Part shown: positions 59,525 through 64,000 of the stretch, piece after piece | How the letters are laid out: each line of letters opens with the position of its first letter | How positions within the stretch are numbered: position 1 is the stretch's first letter | Assembly: GCA_963783385.1 (NCBI GenBank) | Contig: CAWANJ010000001.1 | Coordinates: 160,001-224,000, forward strand | DNA length: 64,000 nucleotides | Source: an uncultured Gemmatimonadales bacterium | GTDB taxonomy: Bacteria; Gemmatimonadota; Gemmatimonadetes; Palauibacterales; Palauibacteraceae | Direction: 5' to 3' | Made by a program: the position numbers and the translations under genes | The notes under the pieces: model-generated | The model's input: the letters and a program-made list of their open reading frames with translations, nothing else | Database searches by the model: none | Told to the model about the DNA's origin: nothing

Positions 59525-59896
59525 CTAGGCCTGGGCCTCCACCCGCTCCGTCAGCTCGATGAGCGCCAGCTCCGCTCCATCCCCTTTCCTGGCACCCAGC
59601 TTCAGCACCCGAGTGTACCCACCCTCACGACCCTCGAAGCGGGGGCCGATGTCGTCGAACAGCTTCGCCAGGATCTCACGATCCTGAATGTGCCGGCGCA
59701 CCTGGCGGCGGCTGTGCACGTCGTCGGTGCGGGACAGCGTGACCAGCTTCTCCGCGAACGGACGCAGCTCCTTGGCCTTGGCCTCGGTCGTCCGGATGCG
59801 CTCGTGACGGAACAGGCTCGTGGCCATGTTCCGGAGCATGGCCTTCTTGTGGCTGGCCGTCCGGCTGAGCTGCCGACCCTTCTTCCTATGCCTCAT
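59525..59896 (-). CDS. rplQ: 50S ribosomal protein L17
   Basis: [27 protein letters not shown] and GGYTRV. Confidence 0.97.
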   Translation of the reverse strand: MRHRKKGRQLSRTASHKKAMLRNMATSLFRHERIRTTEAKAKELRPFAEKLVTLSRTDDVHSRRQVRRHIQDREILAKLFDDIGPRFEGREGGYTRVLKLGARKGDGAELALIELTERVEAQA

Positions 59897-60998
59897 CGTC
59901 GGCCTCGGCGGTCGCCCCGTTGCCGGCGCTCGCCTCCTCCCGGAGATAGAGCGTCCCGTCCTCGCCCTGTTCTAGAGCCATGCCGAAGTGGAGCTTGTTG
60001 TCGGCGAGCACCTCGGCCACCTCCTCCAGGGACTTCTCGCCGAAGTTCTCGACCTTGAGCATGTCGTCCCGGGACCGTCTCGCGACATCCCCGAGGGTCC
60101 GAATGTCGGCCTTCTCGAGCGTGTTGCGGGAGCGGACCGAGATACCTTCGAACGCCTCGAGCGATCGGCCGAGCAACTCCTGGAGCTCGGTGCCTACTCG
60201 CCGCAGGCCTTCGGGCGCACCGTCGCCACCCGCTCCGGCTCCACCCTTTGCGGACCCGATCTCGATCGGTCCCTCGCCGATCCGGGTCAGATAGTCCAGG
60301 TGGGCGCGCGCGATTCGGGCCGCCTGGCCGAGCGCGTCGGCCGGATCCAGAGCCCCGTTGGTCTCGACCGCGATCATGAGCCGGTCGAAGTCGGTGCGCT
60401 GGCCGACTCGCGTCTCCTGGACCGCGAAGTTCGCCCTGGTCACCGGGTTGTACATCGAGTCCACCCGGATCAGGTCGACGGGAGCGTCCTTGGGGAGTCC
60501 GTGCTGCTCCGCCATGGCGAAGCCCCGGCCCCTGTTCACCCACAGGTCCATGCGCAGCGGCCGGTTCTCCGGCCGGTCCGACTGCAGGGTGAAGAGGTGC
60601 TGGTCGGGGTTGACGATCTCCACCGTGGCCACGTCACCGATGTCGGAGGCCGTCACTTCCGCCGCCTCGTGCACGCTGAGCTCGAGGCGCGCCTCTTCCT
60701 CGCCCGGGTCGAGCTGGATGACCAGGCGCTTCAGGTTCTGGATGATCTGGTGGATGTCCTCGGCCACCCCCTCGATGGTCTGGTGCTCGTGCTGCACCCC
60801 ATCGACCCGGAAGGCCCACACGGCCGCGCCTGGAAGCGAGGACAGGAGGATCCGTCGAATCGAATTTCCGATCGTATGGCCGAATCCCCGCTCCAGCGGC
60901 TGGAGGAGGTATTCGGCGCGCCGCCCGTCTTCGGACCGGGATTGCTCCTCGGCCGACTCGGGCAACACCAGTCCGGTCAAGTCCAACGTCGAAGGCAT
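59886..60998 (-). CDS. rpoA: DNA-directed RNA polymerase subunit alpha
   Basis: [35 protein letters not shown] and an alpha-CTD (SVRSRN...NFGEKSL). Confidence 0.97.
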   Translation of the reverse strand: MPSTLDLTGLVLPESAEEQSRSEDGRRAEYLLQPLERGFGHTIGNSIRRILLSSLPGAAVWAFRVDGVQHEHQTIEGVAEDIHQIIQNLKRLVIQLDPGEEEARLELSVHEAAEVTASDIGDVATVEIVNPDQHLFTLQSDRPENRPLRMDLWVNRGRGFAMAEQHGLPKDAPVDLIRVDSMYNPVTRANFAVQETRVGQRTDFDRLMIAVETNGALDPADALGQAARIARAHLDYLTRIGEGPIEIGSAKGGAGAGGDGAPEGLRRVGTELQELLGRSLEAFEGISVRSRNTLEKADIRTLGDVARRSRDDMLKVENFGEKSLEEVAEVLADNKLHFGMALEQGEDGTLYLREEASAGNGATAEADDEA

Positions 60999-61053
60999 AA
61001 CGCTCTCTTCGCCTGTATGTACCAGTCGTGCAGTCTCGAGGCCGGTCGCGGCC

Positions 61054-61686
<633 letters not shown>

Positions 61687-61704
61687 GTAGCTTCTTCGTC
61701 TCCT

Positions 61705-62094
61705 CTAGACCCGACGCTTCTTGGGCGGACGGCAGCCGTTGTGCGGGATCGGCGTTACGTCGCGAATGGCCGTGATCGTCAGACCCGCGCTCTGCAGGGC
61801 CTGAATGGCCGACTCTCGGCCCGAGCCCGGGCCCCGGACGTTGACGCTGACCCGCTTCATGCCGAGCGCCACGGCTTCCTTGCCGGCGTTCTCGGCAGCG
61901 ATCGTGGCCGCGAAGGGCGTCGACTTCTTGGAACCCTTGAAGCCCGACTTTCCGGCGCTCGACCAGGCCACCGTGTCGCCCCCGGTGTCCGTGATCGTGA
62001 CGATCGTATTGTTGAAGGTGGCCTTGATGTGCGCCACGCCCTCGGCGGGCACCTGCCCCTTCTTGCGGCTCGACTTCTTTCCCGGCTTCGCCAT
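61705..62094 (-). CDS. rpsK: 30S ribosomal protein S11
   Basis: [15 protein letters not shown] and [18 protein letters not shown]. Confidence 0.98.
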   Translation of the reverse strand: MAKPGKKSSRKKGQVPAEGVAHIKATFNNTIVTITDTGGDTVAWSSAGKSGFKGSKKSTPFAATIAAENAGKEAVALGMKRVSVNVRGPGSGRESAIQALQSAGLTITAIRDVTPIPHNGCRPPKKRRV

Positions 62095-62184
62095 CCCTCG
62101 CTCGTCGCTGCAGACGTGCTCTCACGCCCCGCGCCCGCCGACCTCCTCGGGGGCCGCGGGCGCCGGTCACTCCGTGTGGCGCAC

Positions 62185-62568
62185 CTACTTCTTGGCGGGC
62201 GCCCTCTTCCTGCCGGCCACGGTCTTTCGGGGCCCCTTCCGCGTCCGGGCGTTCGTATGCGTGCGCTGACCCCGGACCGGCAGGCCCTTCTTATGCCGGA
62301 TGCCCCTGTAACAGCCAATGTCCATGAGTCGCTTGATGTTCATGGACCGTTCGGTGCGCAGGGCTCCTTCCACCTTGTATCGGTTCTCGATCACCCGCCG
62401 CAGCTTGTTGACATCCTCGTCGGAGAGCTCGTGAATCCGGACGTCCCGGTTCAGAGCCGTCTCGTCGAGGATCGACCGAGCGGTGGATCGACCGATGCCA
62501 TAGATGTACGTGAGCGCGATTTCTACGCGCTTGTTCCGTGGCAGGTCCACTCCCGCGATGCGTGCCAT
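62185..62568 (-). CDS. rpsM: 30S ribosomal protein S13
   Basis: [10 protein letters not shown] and [18 protein letters not shown]. Confidence 0.98.
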   Translation of the reverse strand: MARIAGVDLPRNKRVEIALTYIYGIGRSTARSILDETALNRDVRIHELSDEDVNKLRRVIENRYKVEGALRTERSMNIKRLMDIGCYRGIRHKKGLPVRGQRTHTNARTRKGPRKTVAGRKRAPAKK

Positions 62569-62578
62569 CCTGGTCTAC

Positions 62579-62695
62579 CTACCCCTGACGCTGCTTGTGT
62601 TTCGGATTCCGCGTGCAGATCACCCGCACCACGCCGCGGCGGCGGACGATCTTGCAGTGCTCGCAGATCCTCTTTACGCTGCTTCGAACCTTCAT
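62579..62695 (-). CDS. rpmJ: 50S ribosomal protein L36 (Zn-binding form; missed by the ORF track)
   Basis: Manual translation gives [38 protein letters not shown]. Confidence 0.96.
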   Translation of the reverse strand: MKVRSSVKRICEHCKIVRRRGVVRVICTRNPKHKQRQG

Positions 62696-62740
62696 GGTCG
62701 ATTCTCCCTGCCGCCGGATCCGTCTGCATCGGAGCCTTGC

Positions 62741-62769
62741 AACCTAACAGTCGCCCCACCCTCGATCAA
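62741..62769 (-). promoter_or_regulatory. Putative promoter of the rpmJ/alpha operon
   Basis: TTGATC-N17-TAGGTT with an extended -10 TGn in the infA-rpmJ gap. Confidence 0.45.
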
Positions 62770-62796
62770 CATGGTCCGGGCGGGACCCGCTCGGTC

Positions 62797-63015
62797 TCAC
62801 TTGTAGCGATACGTGATCCGGCCCTTTGTGAGGTCGTAGGGCGACATCTCCACCGCCACCTTGTCGCCCGGCAGGATCCGGATGTAGTTCATGCGTATCT
62901 TCCCGGAGACGTGACAGGTGATCTCGTGCCCGTTCTCCAGCCGGACCCTGAACATCGCGTTGGGGAGAGCTTCGATGACCTCCCCGCTCATCTGGATCGG
63001 TTCTTCCTTAGCCAA
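62797..63015 (-). CDS. infA: Translation initiation factor IF-1
   Basis: [30 protein letters not shown] and [13 protein letters not shown] start. Confidence 0.98.
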   Translation of the reverse strand: MAKEEPIQMSGEVIEALPNAMFRVRLENGHEITCHVSGKIRMNYIRILPGDKVAVEMSPYDLTKGRITYRYK

Positions 63016-63799
63016 CCTTGTCGCCTCCCTGGGCTGCCGATCGGACCGGCGGAGCGGTGAGGATCCGCGGACCCTCCGCTGTCACCGCCACCGTGTGCTC
63101 GAAGTGCGCCGAGAGCGATCCATCCGCCGTCAGGACGGTCCAGCCGTCCGAAAGGGTCCGGATCGATCGTCCCCCCACGTTCACCATCGGCTCGATCGCG
63201 ATGACCAGTCCCTCCCTCATTCGCCGGCCGTGTCCCGCGTGGCCGTAGTTGGGGACCTGCGGGTCTTCGTGTGCTGCATGTCCCACGCCGTGTCCGACCA
63301 GCTCCCTGACGACGCTGTAGCCATCAGCCTCCACGAGGCTCTGGATGGCCTCGCCGATATCCCCAAGGTGGCCGCCAGGCCTCGCCTCGGCGATCCCCGC
63401 CTGCAACGCGGTCTCGGTGATGGTCAGCAGCCGCCGCGTCTCCGGCTCGATCTCGTCCACCGGTAGCGTCACGGCCGAGTCGGCGTAGTACCCCTCGAGC
63501 CGGACGCCCAGGTCCAGGCTCACGATGTCGCCCGACTCCAGCACCCTGTGCTCGGACGGGATCCCGTGCACCACTTCCTCGTTGATGCTGGTGCACAGGC
63601 TCGCCGGAAACCCGTAGAGACCCTTGAAGGCCGGCTCGGCCCCCGGGTGCTCGCGGATCATGTCCTCCGCCGCCCGGTCCAGCGCCGCGGTGGACACCCC
63701 CGGCGCCACCTCGTCCACCATCCGCTGGAGCACCTGACCGACGATGGCGCCCGCCCGGGCGATCACGTCGATCTCGGCGGCGCTCTTGAGGTGGATCAC
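63008..63799 (-). CDS. map: Methionine aminopeptidase type I
   Basis: [30 protein letters not shown] and SAHFEHT. The GTG start overlaps the adk stop. Confidence 0.96.
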   Translation of the reverse strand: MIHLKSAAEIDVIARAGAIVGQVLQRMVDEVAPGVSTAALDRAAEDMIREHPGAEPAFKGLYGFPASLCTSINEEVVHGIPSEHRVLESGDIVSLDLGVRLEGYYADSAVTLPVDEIEPETRRLLTITETALQAGIAEARPGGHLGDIGEAIQSLVEADGYSVVRELVGHGVGHAAHEDPQVPNYGHAGHGRRMREGLVIAIEPMVNVGGRSIRTLSDGWTVLTADGSLSAHFEHTVAVTAEGPRILTAPPVRSAAQGGDKVG

Positions 63800-64000
63800 G
63801 TCCCGGCGCCCTCGGTCAACCGCTCGCGCAGACGGCGCTGGACCTGGCTCACCGGTCCCGTGCCGGGCACGGTCACGACCGGGACGTCGCTGGCCGCGTA
63901 CCACGCCAGGACCGGCGCCGTCTGCGTTCGGTGCACCTCGAGTCGCCGACGTACGGTCTCGGGACGGTCGTCCTCGCGCTGCTCGACCCCCGCCGAGCAC
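63796..64000 (-). CDS. adk: Adenylate kinase, C-terminal part (5' end outside the window)
   Basis: Manual translation gives CSAGVEQREDDRPETVRRRLEVHRTQTAPVLAWY..., in the usual adk-map-infA order. Confidence 0.9.
   Translation of the reverse strand, partial: CSAGVEQREDDRPETVRRRLEVHRTQTAPVLAWYAASDVPVVTVPGTGPVSQVQRRLRERLTEGAGT

Overview
This is a very GC-rich (roughly 70% or more by eye) core-chromosome segment of a diderm bacterium. Gene content, gene order and protein style suggest Gemmatimonadota, which is an inference. About 62 genes are present. Nearly all lie on the minus strand in long, translationally coupled runs with ATGA/GTGA/TTGA overlaps; only a SurA/PpiD-like gene and radC are on the plus strand. 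Reading the minus strand from the right end, the order is: adk(partial)-map-infA-rpmJ-rpsM-rpsK-rpsD-rpoA-rplQ-hypothetical-rpmB; hemD-hemB-SDR-ugd-uxs-GT2-TPR lipoprotein-bamD-nadD-secA; rel-uvrB-tsaE-tsaB-rimI-ssb; LysM protein; ccsA/hemX-hemA-epimerase-tolQ-tolR-tolA-tolB-pal-cpoB-nrdR-tatC-lptD-like-hutH; two paralogous TPR proteins; polyprenyl synthase-DUF4321-like-tatA; TPR-aroQ-pepQ-efp-accB-accC-comB-ftsK-lolA-hemL-SpoIID/LytB-Gfo/Idh/MocA-lnt(partial). I found no rRNA, tRNA, CRISPR array, transposase or prophage. At least eight genes carry frameshifts, probably long-read errors; four share the same signature, an extra G after ATC. I cannot demonstrate a new system. The best leads are a set of TPR/acidic-disordered proteins with a repeated short amphipathic motif (a possible polarity or pilus scaffold module), a GC-rich hairpin element family flanking radC, a four-Cys insertion in SecA, a TPR-like insert in Pal, and a clamp-binding-like tail on NrdR.
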